From a virus, in IMG/VR virus record IMGVR_UViG_3300046514_000858, positions 29,746 through 93,745 of that record: DNA of 64,000 nt; one strand, 5' to 3'. Shown piece after piece: positions 16,966 to 26,369 of the stretch. Numbering within the stretch: the stretch's first letter is position 1; each line of letters opens with the position of its first letter. The notes under the pieces are model-generated. The model worked only from the letters and a program-made list of their open reading frames with translations. It was not told the origin of the DNA and made no database searches. A program made the position numbers and the translations under genes.

Positions 16966-19409
16966 TGCGCGCCATCGACTTCATCACCAACAGCGCCCGC
17001 CAGTACCTCGGAGCTCCGGAATCGATCCGTAAGGCCGCCCCACTCCCGCCGCCCGCCCCCGTGCGCGACACCCGCGAAGTCGAGCTGGAGAAGGCCCGGG
17101 AAGCACTGCGCTCGACGCAGGCGCAGATGGAGCGTCTGATCAAGGTCCAGCAGGGCCGCATCACCGACCCCAACGAGATTGAGCGGCACGAGCCGATGGA
17201 GGCTCCGCTCATCTCCGAGCGGTTCAGCTACGTCGACCTCCGCAACTTCCTCAAGCTCTACGGCAACCACGTCTGGACGTATCGCTGCTCCAGCGTGATC
17301 GCGGCGTCCTGCGCCTCGGTGAAGTTCGTCTGGAAAGAGAACGGCGACCCGGTCAAGCCCAACAAGCTGTCCGGATTCTACATCAAGCCGAACTCGTACA
17401 TGACGTGGCACGACCTGATCGAGGTCGCGTTCATCCACATGGAGCTGGCGGGCAACGCCTTCTGGGAAGTTCAGCGCGACTCCAAGGGTAAGATCGTCGC
17501 CATCTATCCCCTCCGCCCCGACCGCGTCCGCATCATCCCGGACGCCAAGAAGCGCATCAAGCGGTACGAATACTGGGTCCCGGGCGCGGCCGACTACATC
17601 AAGTACGAGCCGCAGGAGATCCTGCATCTGAAGTACGCCGACTCCATGTCGGAATACTATGGCATCCCTCCCTGCGCCGCCGCGCAGAACGACATCATCC
17701 AAGACCTGTACATGACGGCGTGGAACAAGAAGTTCTTCATCGAAGGAGCCACGCCCGGCGGCGTCCTGAAGACCCCGAACACGCTGACCGAGATCGCCTA
17801 CAACCGCCTCATGAAGGTGTTCGCGCGGAAGCACCGCGGGAACCCGGCGGAGATCGCGATCCTCGAAGAGGGTCTGGACTTCGTGCCCGTCGGATCCAAG
17901 CACACCGACATGCAGTACCTACAGGGCAAGGAACAGCAGCGCGACATCGTCATCGCCGCGTACGGCGTGCCCCCGGTGCTGGTGGGCGTCGTCGGCCGCT
18001 CGACGGGCGCGGTCAACGACGAGAAGAAGATTTTCTGGCAGCACAACATCATCCCGAAGATTCAGCGCTTCGAGAGTTTCCTGAACGACTTCCTCCTCCT
18101 GACCGGATTCCAGATCGACTTCATCACGAAGACGCTGGCGACGATCATTGAGGACGAGAAGATCAAGGCCGACATCGCCCAGTCGAACGTCACCCACGGC
18201 ATTTGGACCATCAACGAGGCGCGTCTCATTGAGTGGGACATGCCGCCGGTCGAATGGGGTGACTCGTGGTGGGCTCCGGTCGGCCTCTACGACGTCAAGA
18301 ACCCGACCAAGACCCATCCCACCGCCATCGCGGCCAAGTACGCCGCCCAGCAGGCGGCGGCAGCTCCGAGCGTGGGCAAGGATCCCATCGGCCGGGCGCA
18401 GCCCGGGGTCGGTGAGACCGCCGCCGCGGGGAGTCCGACGCAGGTCGCGAGTCTGCAGAAGCCTGTGGGGCGGCCCAAGACCAAGAGCGAGGACGACCAC
18501 ATCTGGATCGACAAGCGCGAGCTGGCCGAGCCGGACTGGACCAACCGCCAGCAAGTCGCGGACTACACAGAGTACCTCGTTTGGAAGCAGTCGGCCGGGC
18601 CGGACGAGCGCGAGCTGTACAAGCGCGTCCGCGGGCTCTTCGCCGATCAGGGCCAGCGGATCATCGCCTCCCTGAATAATCACTGGCCCTTCCGCAAGGC
18701 GGACGGAGAGAACGACGACCTGATCGTCGACGCTGTCTTCGACGCCCAGCAGGAGGACAACTCCACGCGCGTTGTGCTCATGGCGGGTGCGGAGAAGCTC
18801 CTCAAGAAGTACGGCTCGGCTCTGCTGAGCTCGCTCGGCATCAACAAGGACTTCCGCCTCACCAACGACCGCGTCCAGAAGTTCCTCGCGGACTACGCGG
18901 CCGAGAAGGTTCGGATCATCAACGAGACGACCCGCAACCTGCTGCGTGAGGCTCTGTCCGAGGCGTACAAGAACGAGACGCCGTACAAGGAGCTGATCGG
19001 GAAAATCGCCGACATCTTCGACGGCGACGTCTCCGTCAGCCGGGCCGAGCGGATCGCCCGCACGGAGATGGTCACGCTCACGAACACCGCGCGCTACGAG
19101 GCCGCGGTCGACAGCGGCGTCGTCCAGTACAAGCGTTGGATCAGCGAGCAGATCCCGACCACCCGCCAGCGTCCCGGCGGCGAGAACCACGTCATCCTGC
19201 ACGGCGTTGTGAAGGCACTCGACGAGCCCTTCGAGGCGCGCAGCCGGACGGGTGTGGACATGATGAGCGCCCCCGGCGATCTGAACGCGTCCGGCGAGAA
19301 CGTATGCGGCTGCTTGTGCATCGCCAGCTACTACTCGGGGACCTCGGAATTCGCCGACCTCCTCCTGCCGGACGGCGTTCCGGCGGCGGACTCGGGCGAA
19401 GCGCCCTAA
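16965..19409 (+). CDS. HK97-family portal protein fused to a MuF (minor head) domain
   Basis: L.GNAFW, IYPLRPDRV, EILHLK, YYGIPP, YGVPP.LVG, TINEAR; C-terminal RAERIARTE...KRW...H..LHG...PGD...ENVCGCLC. Confidence 0.92.
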   Translation: MRAIDFITNSARQYLGAPESIRKAAPLPPPAPVRDTREVELEKAREALRSTQAQMERLIKVQQGRITDPNEIERHEPMEAPLISERFSYVDLRNFLKLYGNHVWTYRCSSVIAASCASVKFVWKENGDPVKPNKLSGFYIKPNSYMTWHDLIEVAFIHMELAGNAFWEVQRDSKGKIVAIYPLRPDRVRIIPDAKKRIKRYEYWVPGAADYIKYEPQEILHLKYADSMSEYYGIPPCAAAQNDIIQDLYMTAWNKKFFIEGATPGGVLKTPNTLTEIAYNRLMKVFARKHRGNPAEIAILEEGLDFVPVGSKHTDMQYLQGKEQQRDIVIAAYGVPPVLVGVVGRSTGAVNDEKKIFWQHNIIPKIQRFESFLNDFLLLTGFQIDFITKTLATIIEDEKIKADIAQSNVTHGIWTINEARLIEWDMPPVEWGDSWWAPVGLYDVKNPTKTHPTAIAAKYAAQQAAAAPSVGKDPIGRAQPGVGETAAAGSPTQVASLQKPVGRPKTKSEDDHIWIDKRELAEPDWTNRQQVADYTEYLVWKQSAGPDERELYKRVRGLFADQGQRIIASLNNHWPFRKADGENDDLIVDAVFDAQQEDNSTRVVLMAGAEKLLKKYGSALLSSLGINKDFRLTNDRVQKFLADYAAEKVRIINETTRNLLREALSEAYKNETPYKELIGKIADIFDGDVSVSRAERIARTEMVTLTNTARYEAAVDSGVVQYKRWISEQIPTTRQRPGGENHVILHGVVKALDEPFEARSRTGVDMMSAPGDLNASGENVCGCLCIASYYSGTSEFADLLLPDGVPAADSGEAP

Positions 19410-19443
19410 GCCCGACGCGCGCGACCTGTCCAAGAGGATAGCA

Positions 19444-19629
19444 ATGAACTCATTGAACGCACTCGCCCCCTCCAAGAAATACCGCATCGTCTACCGCGGC
19501 AAATCCTACCTCGCCGACGTGATCGACTGGGACCAGTCGAGCGGCATCCTGACCTACGACGGCACCGCGATGATGATCTTCCGACCCGACGAGCTGGCCA
19601 TCCTGCGTACTGATCAGATTTCTCTCTGA
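19444..19629 (+). CDS. small hypothetical protein
   Basis: After GTCCAAG at 19428. Confidence 0.55.
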   Translation: MNSLNALAPSKKYRIVYRGKSYLADVIDWDQSSGILTYDGTAMMIFRPDELAILRTDQISL

Positions 19630-19646
19630 CATTGAAGGAACATCGC

Positions 19647-20051
19647 ATGTCCGACGACGCCTCGAAGTTCAAGCCGTTCAGCGCCAAGGGTCGTGAATTC
19701 TTCGAAGATGGTATCTGGATCCTCGTCGTGGTGGGCGGGGCCGAGTACTACGTCAAGGTCGACAAGGACAACCTGAAGGCGGCCTTCGAGGGCAAGTCCT
19801 TCGACGCGCACATGCCCATGGCGATCCAGCTCCAGCAGCCGCCGATCTTCATGCCGAAGCTCTACGGCACCATCGACGCCTTCCGGATCCACGGCGGTTC
19901 GTTCTCGACGACCGCGCTTGTCCATCCGGAGCTCTCGGCCGCGCTGGACAAGCAGCTCCAGCATGGCCTCTCGATCATCGACGTCGTGACGGAAGGTGAC
20001 GCTCCTCCTCCGCCGAAGCCCGGAGAGAAGGTGAAGCTCCACCTCACATGA
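19647..20051 (+). CDS. hypothetical protein
   Basis: AAGGA SD; codon usage. Confidence 0.65.
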   Translation: MSDDASKFKPFSAKGREFFEDGIWILVVVGGAEYYVKVDKDNLKAAFEGKSFDAHMPMAIQLQQPPIFMPKLYGTIDAFRIHGGSFSTTALVHPELSAALDKQLQHGLSIIDVVTEGDAPPPPKPGEKVKLHLT

Positions 20052-20079
20052 ACCGCCCGGCCCCGACCGGGGAGGGCGC

Positions 20080-20403
20080 ATGGAATACAGACTCCGATGG
20101 GGAGTGATTGAAGTTCGGGCGACCCTCGACGTTCAGGGCCTCCTGCACTTCGCCTGCCCGTTCTACGGGCGGGATACGTTCTTTCGACCCGATGACTTCC
20201 GCGCGAGCGCGCGCGAGATCCGGACGGTCGGGGTAGCACTGTGCGAATTCCGCGGATGTAACGTGCCGTACGAGATCGTGCACTCGTACTTCATGCCGTT
20301 GCGATTCGAGGACCTCAACAAAATGTGCATGTACCAGCAGTGGTACATGCCCGAGATGATGCACGCAGTCTGGAAGGCCCGCAATGAGCGACGACGCGAA
20401 TAA
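20080..20403 (+). CDS. hypothetical protein
   Basis: GGAGG SD. Confidence 0.55.
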   Translation: MEYRLRWGVIEVRATLDVQGLLHFACPFYGRDTFFRPDDFRASAREIRTVGVALCEFRGCNVPYEIVHSYFMPLRFEDLNKMCMYQQWYMPEMMHAVWKARNERRRE

Positions 20404-20662
20404 CATTGACTTCACCCTCGACAATCCCAAGACTAAGAAGCGCCGCCGCATGCTCTTCTTCAAGCGGCCGAAGGGATCGAGCATCCCCGTCGGCCTCAAG
20501 TGGACCTGCCTCTGCGGGACGGTGAACGTGCTCAACGACAAAGAAAAGCAGTACTGCGCCGACTGCGGGAGTTGCCTGCAGAATCAGGAGAACCTGAACC
20601 CGGCGCACACGTACTACACCCTCGTGATCGTCGCGCATTTCAACCCCGCAATTCGCCGCTGA
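20384..20662 (+). CDS. Zn-ribbon protein
   Basis: WTCLCGTVN...YCADCG. Confidence 0.6.
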   Translation: MSDDANNIDFTLDNPKTKKRRRMLFFKRPKGSSIPVGLKWTCLCGTVNVLNDKEKQYCADCGSCLQNQENLNPAHTYYTLVIVAHFNPAIRR

Positions 20663-20714
20663 GTATTTCGGTTCCTATGGTCCAAGGGAATAGACCGTAG
20701 GAGCTGAAATACCC

Positions 20715-21467
20715 ATGCGCAACATCAAGCTGTCGAGCGTTTCCTTCACCATCTCCAAGGCCGCGAAGGCCCCCAAGGCACCCCTGAGCGCCCCGTCCGG
20801 CGCGCCCACGGATGTCGTCGATCCGAACGATCCCGGCGACATGGATCAGTGCTGCGACGACCACGCCCCCACCTCCCCCGTCATGAAGGGCATGTCCCAC
20901 GTCGAAGCGTACGGCGTGCGCAAGCTCTGCAAGGCCGCGAAGGGCGAGCATTACCCCTTCAGCCAGTGCCTGATCGACCGCCAGAAGGACGGCTACTCGC
21001 AGGAGTCCGCCTCCAAAATCTGCGGTGCCATCAAGGCCGGGACCGTCGTGCACAAGAACGAGTTCATCGTCACCCCGAACGAGGATGGCTCGGTCAACTG
21101 GAAGCTCAACGTGGAGTTCACCAAGGTCGACGCCGAAGAGCGGATCGTCAAGGGCGTCGTCTACGAGCCCGACGTCGTCGATTCGCAGGGCGACAGCGCC
21201 TCCGCCGACGAGATCCGCAAGGCGTGTCACGGCTTCATGGCCGACTCGAAGACGCTCGGCGTGATGCACAAGGAGACCGCCGGACCCCGCGCGTCCATCG
21301 TCGAGAACTACATCACCGACAACGACCAACGAATCGGCAACCAGTCCGTCAAAAAGGGAACGTGGATGATGGCCGCGAAGGTCCACGACGACGAGCTGTG
21401 GAACGCGATCAAGAAGGGCGACATCACCGGTTTCTCCATGGGCGGGCGCGCGGAAAACGCGGACTGA
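20715..21467 (+). CDS. prohead maturation protease, XkdF-like serine protease
   Basis: EERIV.GVVYEPD.VDSQGD...EIRKA.H.F...MH...VE.YI...KKGTW...IKKG.ITGFSMGG. Confidence 0.88.
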   Translation: MRNIKLSSVSFTISKAAKAPKAPLSAPSGAPTDVVDPNDPGDMDQCCDDHAPTSPVMKGMSHVEAYGVRKLCKAAKGEHYPFSQCLIDRQKDGYSQESASKICGAIKAGTVVHKNEFIVTPNEDGSVNWKLNVEFTKVDAEERIVKGVVYEPDVVDSQGDSASADEIRKACHGFMADSKTLGVMHKETAGPRASIVENYITDNDQRIGNQSVKKGTWMMAAKVHDDELWNAIKKGDITGFSMGGRAENAD

Positions 21468-21517
21468 CGCGAAAAACAGAAGCACCGCGCGGGATGTGCT
21501 GTCCAAGAGAGTAGACC

Positions 21518-21880
21518 ATGAAACTCAAGAACATGCGAATCGACGAGGTGAGCCTCGTGGACAAGGCGGCCAACCGCCGGGCGTTCGCAGTCGTGAAGCG
21601 CGACCTGTCGAAGTCGGCGGAAGACGAGGCGGTCAAGGCGAAGGCGGAGGCCGATGCTAAGATCGCCGCGGAAAAGGCCGCGTCCGATAAGGCTGCCGCC
21701 GATAAGGTGGCCGCGGATGCGAAGGCCGAAGCCGACCGGAAGATCGCCGAGAAGATCCGACTTGAGACAGAAGAGGCTCAGCGTACCGCCGCGAAAGCGA
21801 AGGAAGACGCCGAGCTGAAGGAAGCGAACGAAACGCTTCAGGCCGCGAAGGCTTTGCTGGAGCTGGTCACGCAGCTCTGA
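21518..21880 (+). CDS. scaffold-like protein with EVSLVDKAAN motif
   Basis: KLKN..IDEVSLVDKAAN.R.F.VVK followed by an Ala/Lys/Glu coiled coil. Confidence 0.7.
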   Translation: MKLKNMRIDEVSLVDKAANRRAFAVVKRDLSKSAEDEAVKAKAEADAKIAAEKAASDKAAADKVAADAKAEADRKIAEKIRLETEEAQRTAAKAKEDAELKEANETLQAAKALLELVTQL

Positions 21881-21987
21881 GCCGCCCTCGCAAATTTTCA
21901 CATCGACACCTCATTGAACCAACCGCATAGCGGGTATGTGCCCGCGCGGTCACGTCCTTAGACTCCAAGCAGCCGACGAGAAAAATC

Positions 21988-23346
21988 ATGGACCTCAAGA
22001 AGATTCAGGACGAGATCGCGCAGACGATGGCCGAAGCGCGCAAGCAGATCGAGAAGAAGAACGCCGGTCAGGGCTCCTTCAACGCCGAGGCGTTCGAAGC
22101 GAAGTTCATGAAGGCGCTCGCCGACCGCGACGCCATCCACGCCGCCGAAAAGCGGAAGGCCCCCTTCATCATGGAAGAGGAGCCCACCAAGCCCCAGCCC
22201 CGCGTGCTTCTGGAGAAGTCCGAGCGGCCGGAGGTCAAGGAGTTCCAGAAGTTCAACGACGACTGCGTCATGCTGGCGTCGCTGACCCGGAAGCACCCCA
22301 CCACGCTGGAGTACTTCCAGAAGAACAAGGACCGCTTCCTCGACGAGCGCGGCAGCACCGAAGTCGCCAAGGCCATGGCCGCCGCGACCGGCGGCTCCGG
22401 CGCGGACTGGGTCCCGACCGAGTTCAGCTCCGATCTCTACGACCGCGTCCGGCTTGACGCCGTGATCGCGGGGCAGTTCGCCGAGATCCAGATGCCGACG
22501 CCCATCTACAAGCTGCCCACGGGCGACACCGATCCGACCACGTATCTCACGCCCGAGAACACGTCGGACACCCCGAACCTGTACCCGGCGTCCACGCCCT
22601 CGACGGGCAACGTCACCCTGACCGCGTCGAAGCTGACCACGAACATGGTCTTCAGCGACGAGATCACGGAGGACTCGATCATCCCGATTCTGGAGTACCT
22701 CAAGAACCGCCTCGCGAAGTCCATGATGTACACGCTGGAGGACGCCTACCTGAACGGCGACAACTCCACGACCCACATGGACGCCGACGTCACGGTTTCG
22801 ACCGACGCCCGCAAGGTCTGGAAGGGCCTGCGCAAGCTGGCGCTGGTCTCGAAGGACACGTCCTTCTCCTCGTGGGCTCCCGCGGTGGTCGCCACCGGCA
22901 TCGGCCTGCTCCGCTCCATGCGCTCGAAGATGGGTCGCTACGGCACCCTGCCCAGCAAGCTGGCCTACATGGTCGGCGTGCGCGGCCTGATCGCGCTGCT
23001 GAGCATGCCCGAGATCATGACGCTGGAGAAGTACGGCCCGCAGGCCACGATCCTGACCGGCGAGATCGGCAAGGTCGACAACATCTCGGTGCTCGTCTCC
23101 GAGAAGTTCCGCGAGGACCTGAACGCGTCCGGCTTCAACGACTCGACGACCAACGTCCGCGCGGCGATCCTGCTCGCCCACCTCCCCGCCTTCGTGCGCG
23201 GCACGCGGCGTGGACTCCGGGTCCGGCCGTGGGTCGACCCGCGCTCCGGCACCCAGAACCTCGTGCAGGACTGGCGCGGCGACTTCCAGCCGGTCTTCGC
23301 CACGGGCCAGCCCTACGTGGTCAAGGGCGTGGACTGGGGCATCTGA
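21988..23346 (+). CDS. major capsid protein (HK97 fold) with N-terminal delta-like domain
   Basis: G.D.VPTEFS..., VTLTASKL, S.E..EDS.I, A.LNGD, G.RK; position after protease. Confidence 0.9.
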   Translation: MDLKKIQDEIAQTMAEARKQIEKKNAGQGSFNAEAFEAKFMKALADRDAIHAAEKRKAPFIMEEEPTKPQPRVLLEKSERPEVKEFQKFNDDCVMLASLTRKHPTTLEYFQKNKDRFLDERGSTEVAKAMAAATGGSGADWVPTEFSSDLYDRVRLDAVIAGQFAEIQMPTPIYKLPTGDTDPTTYLTPENTSDTPNLYPASTPSTGNVTLTASKLTTNMVFSDEITEDSIIPILEYLKNRLAKSMMYTLEDAYLNGDNSTTHMDADVTVSTDARKVWKGLRKLALVSKDTSFSSWAPAVVATGIGLLRSMRSKMGRYGTLPSKLAYMVGVRGLIALLSMPEIMTLEKYGPQATILTGEIGKVDNISVLVSEKFREDLNASGFNDSTTNVRAAILLAHLPAFVRGTRRGLRVRPWVDPRSGTQNLVQDWRGDFQPVFATGQPYVVKGVDWGI

Positions 23347-23370
23347 TCCCGGCTCTGCAACCAAGTCACT

Positions 23371-23417
23371 AAGACCCCGGGTCTGTCCAAGTGGATGGAC
23401 CCGGGGTTTTTCTTTTT
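23371..23417 (+). terminator. strong terminator after the capsid gene, with GTCCAAG at the hairpin apex
   Basis: Roughly 18-bp stem followed by T-rich tract. Confidence 0.85.
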
Positions 23418-23433
23418 CATTGCAGAGCACCGC

Positions 23434-24240
23434 ATGACGCTATACGCCTGCCTGAACGTCTATCAGGAGGAAGCGCTCCTCCCTGACTGCCTCCGCTCAA
23501 TCCGTCACGTTCTTCCGCAGGCCAAGATCATCCTGATCGACGGGGCCTATGCGTCGTGGGTCCGGCACGTCCGGATCGAAGCCGCCGTCGAGCTGTCGCT
23601 CGGCAACACCGGCATCGGCAACGACATGCTGGCGCGCTTCGTCAGCGCCGAATCGACCGACCGCACCATTGAGATCGCCAAGTCCTTCGACGTCGAGCAC
23701 ATCGTGATGCCGAAGACCCAGTGCATGTGCGGCGGCAAGAAGTTCGACTACGGGTACTACGAGAAGGGCGCGTACCTGCCGTGGCCGACCGAGTGGGAGA
23801 AGCGCAATCGATTCTTCGAGTTCGGCAAGAACGGGGACTACTACTTCATCGTCGACGGCGACGAGCGCCTGCGCGGCACCCTGCCGGAGCTCAAGGAGGA
23901 CCACTACAACGTGATGCTCCAGCGCGACGACGAAATGGGGGCCTATCCCGTGCAGCGCGTCTTCAAACACCAGCCCGGCATCAAGATGGAGGGCGCGCAC
24001 ATGGCGGTCTGGGTCGACAGCCCCGCGGGCCCGCGGCTGCTGCGTCGCCTAGATCGCAAGGACAAGCAAGGCAACGTGATCGAGAAGTCCGACGCCCACC
24101 TCCTGCAGGGCATCACCATCGACCATCTCTTCAACGAGCGCGGCTCGACCGATCAGGTCCGGCACATGGCGAAGGGCGCGTATTACCGGCATGGCCTCAG
24201 CAAGGAAGAGGAAGGCTTCCGTCAGAAGTTCGACGTATGA
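23434..24240 (+). CDS. glycosyltransferase family 2
   Basis: NVYQEE.LL..CL.SI, IDG, STDRT.EIA, KRN, VDGDE (DxD). Confidence 0.85.
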   Translation: MTLYACLNVYQEEALLPDCLRSIRHVLPQAKIILIDGAYASWVRHVRIEAAVELSLGNTGIGNDMLARFVSAESTDRTIEIAKSFDVEHIVMPKTQCMCGGKKFDYGYYEKGAYLPWPTEWEKRNRFFEFGKNGDYYFIVDGDERLRGTLPELKEDHYNVMLQRDDEMGAYPVQRVFKHQPGIKMEGAHMAVWVDSPAGPRLLRRLDRKDKQGNVIEKSDAHLLQGITIDHLFNERGSTDQVRHMAKGAYYRHGLSKEEEGFRQKFDV

Positions 24241-24806
24241 CCGAGCCAATTTTCACGATTCAGGTCTCGGGCACGGTTGAGCTCATCGCCAAGCTGCAGC
24301 AGCTCGCGTACCTCCCGAAGTCGCCCCGCATGCGGGCGCTGCTGGAAGACGCGGGCAATGCATACGTCGTGCTCGCCATGCAGGACGTGCCCAAAGCGAC
24401 CCGCTTCCTGAAGGCGTCGATCAACCATCAAGTCGAGGGCTGGGGCAGCGACAACCCCGGCGTTCGGATCGGCGCGGGCGGCCCGGGCGCGGGCTACGCG
24501 TACTACGTCGAGGTCGGGACCCGGCCGTCGGTCCGCTTCGCTCGGCAGCGGCGCTTCATGCACTGGTTCATGGAGGGCGGCAAGACCCTGCAGGTCCCCT
24601 TCGGGCCCCGCGGCATGACCGCGTACGGCGTCTCCATCGCCAGCGGCTCGGCCGAGAGCGTCTTCGCCAAGAAGGTGCGCCACCCCGGCACCCGGCCCCA
24701 GCCGTTCTTCTTCAAGCAGATGGAGATCATCGGCCCGCGGTTCCTCGAAGCTCTGGCGCGCCTGATCAACGAAGACATGGCAGTCGGGGGACCCTCACCC
24801 TCCTGA
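24237..24806 (+). CDS. HK97 gp10-like neck/tail-completion protein
   Basis: VPKAT..LK.SI, YAYYVEVGTRP, FAKKVRHPGTRPQPF. Confidence 0.8.
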   Translation: MTEPIFTIQVSGTVELIAKLQQLAYLPKSPRMRALLEDAGNAYVVLAMQDVPKATRFLKASINHQVEGWGSDNPGVRIGAGGPGAGYAYYVEVGTRPSVRFARQRRFMHWFMEGGKTLQVPFGPRGMTAYGVSIASGSAESVFAKKVRHPGTRPQPFFFKQMEIIGPRFLEALARLINEDMAVGGPSPS

Positions 24807-24840
24807 AGAGGGTCCAAGGAAGTAGATCGTAGGAGCCGAT

Positions 24841-25422
24841 ATGACCGATTGGACCACCCTCGCGCGCGTGAAGCGTCATCTCAACCTCGACGCTGACAAC
24901 ACGGATCTGGACGACAAGATCAACGACCTGATCCCGGCCGCGTCCCTCGCGCTCGAACATCACATCGGCCACCCGCTCCATGAGGCGACCTACACGGAGT
25001 ACTACGACGGCGACCGCACGAACGAGATCATCCTCGACCACTATCCGGTCAGCGCGATCACCTCGATCAACGACGATCTGACGCGCGTCTTCGATGCCGC
25101 GTCTCTCCTGCTGCCCGCCAACTACGTGTACGACGCGAACGGCCAGCGCAACATCGGCAGCGTGCGCCTGTTTCAGGGCACGGCCACCTTCTTCCAGCGC
25201 GGCATCCAGAACGTGAAGGTCGTCTACGTCGCCGGGTACGCCACCCTCCCGGAAGACGCGGAGATGGCGGCGGTGCACCTCGTCGCGTGGCTGCTCAGCC
25301 GGTCCGGCTCCGAAGGCATGTCCGCGGCCACTCTCGGCGCGAAGAGCGAGAGCTACGAGCCCGATTCCATCCCGCCCTACATCAAGCGCATGGTGGCGGC
25401 CTACAAGAAGTACGCTGTCTGA
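24841..25422 (+). CDS. head-tail adaptor (gp6-like)
   Basis: TTLA.VK.HL, EYYDG, YPV..I, G.QNVKV.Y.AGY..LP.D. Confidence 0.85.
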   Translation: MTDWTTLARVKRHLNLDADNTDLDDKINDLIPAASLALEHHIGHPLHEATYTEYYDGDRTNEIILDHYPVSAITSINDDLTRVFDAASLLLPANYVYDANGQRNIGSVRLFQGTATFFQRGIQNVKVVYVAGYATLPEDAEMAAVHLVAWLLSRSGSEGMSAATLGAKSESYEPDSIPPYIKRMVAAYKKYAV

Positions 25423-25775
25423 TGAACTACCGCTCGCTGCACTTCTTCAACCAGAAGGCTCGCATCCTCCGTGCCAACTACATGGTGGACGTGACCACCA
25501 TTCGGGACCGCATCCTGACGGACTACTCGACCGTCAAGGACAAGGTGTCCTGCATGGTGCAGGATGGCGGCAACGACGTGATCAATCACCCGCTCGCGGG
25601 CATGATCTCCGTCGACCGCGCCGATGTCTACTTCCCGGGGAATTGTGGCGTGCTACCCAACGACCTCCTCTTGATCCGCGGCGTGTACTACGACGTCGGC
25701 CAGATGGACGATCATTCCTTCAACGGCTGGGAGATCGTCGCGCACTGCGTCAAGCGGAACATCCAGCGGAGCTGA
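25422..25775 (+). CDS. head closure protein
   Basis: Size, position, D.L.I.G..Y.V pattern. Confidence 0.6.
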   Translation: MNYRSLHFFNQKARILRANYMVDVTTIRDRILTDYSTVKDKVSCMVQDGGNDVINHPLAGMISVDRADVYFPGNCGVLPNDLLLIRGVYYDVGQMDDHSFNGWEIVAHCVKRNIQRS

Positions 25776-25776
25776 T

Positions 25777-26271
25777 ATGACGACCAACGCCTACCCCGTC
25801 CTGCCGATCTGGAACGAGCTCGCACGCCTGCTGGAAGCCGAGCTGAAGTCTTCGATGGGCCTGAAGTCCATCATCCAAGGCAGCTTTGCGTCCCAGCCCA
25901 CCCCGGGCCTTGCCACCCTCGTGCCCGGCATCTGGGTCCATCCCTCCCCGGCCATGACCGTCGAGGAGACGGAGATGCCCCGGGTCATGATCCAGAAGCA
26001 CAATTTCCGCCTCATCTACCTCCGCAAGATGGGGCTCAACGAGAACCCCACCCAGATCACGGCGGCCGACGCCGTCACCATCGCCAACATGCTGACGGCC
26101 AACTTCACCCTGCCCGCGGCCTCCATGCCCGCCAACGCCCAGATCCTCTGGATGATGGTCAGGACCGTGGAGTTCGAGCCGCAGGAGGACGATCTCGTCG
26201 CCACTATCTCGGCCGACGTCCGCGCGGCGGCCCTGCAGGTCGAGGTGACGGTCCGGGTTAACGCCCGCTGA
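25777..26271 (+). CDS. tail terminator protein
   Basis: Position before tail tube; size. Confidence 0.55.
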   Translation: MTTNAYPVLPIWNELARLLEAELKSSMGLKSIIQGSFASQPTPGLATLVPGIWVHPSPAMTVEETEMPRVMIQKHNFRLIYLRKMGLNENPTQITAADAVTIANMLTANFTLPAASMPANAQILWMMVRTVEFEPQEDDLVATISADVRAAALQVEVTVRVNAR

Positions 26272-26369
26272 GCCTGCAGAGCATCCTCGTACCTCCTGTC
26301 CAAGAGAATAGCCCCCGTCCTATGGGGATGGTCTCGTTTTACTCCACTCTTTGACAGGACATTAGGACC

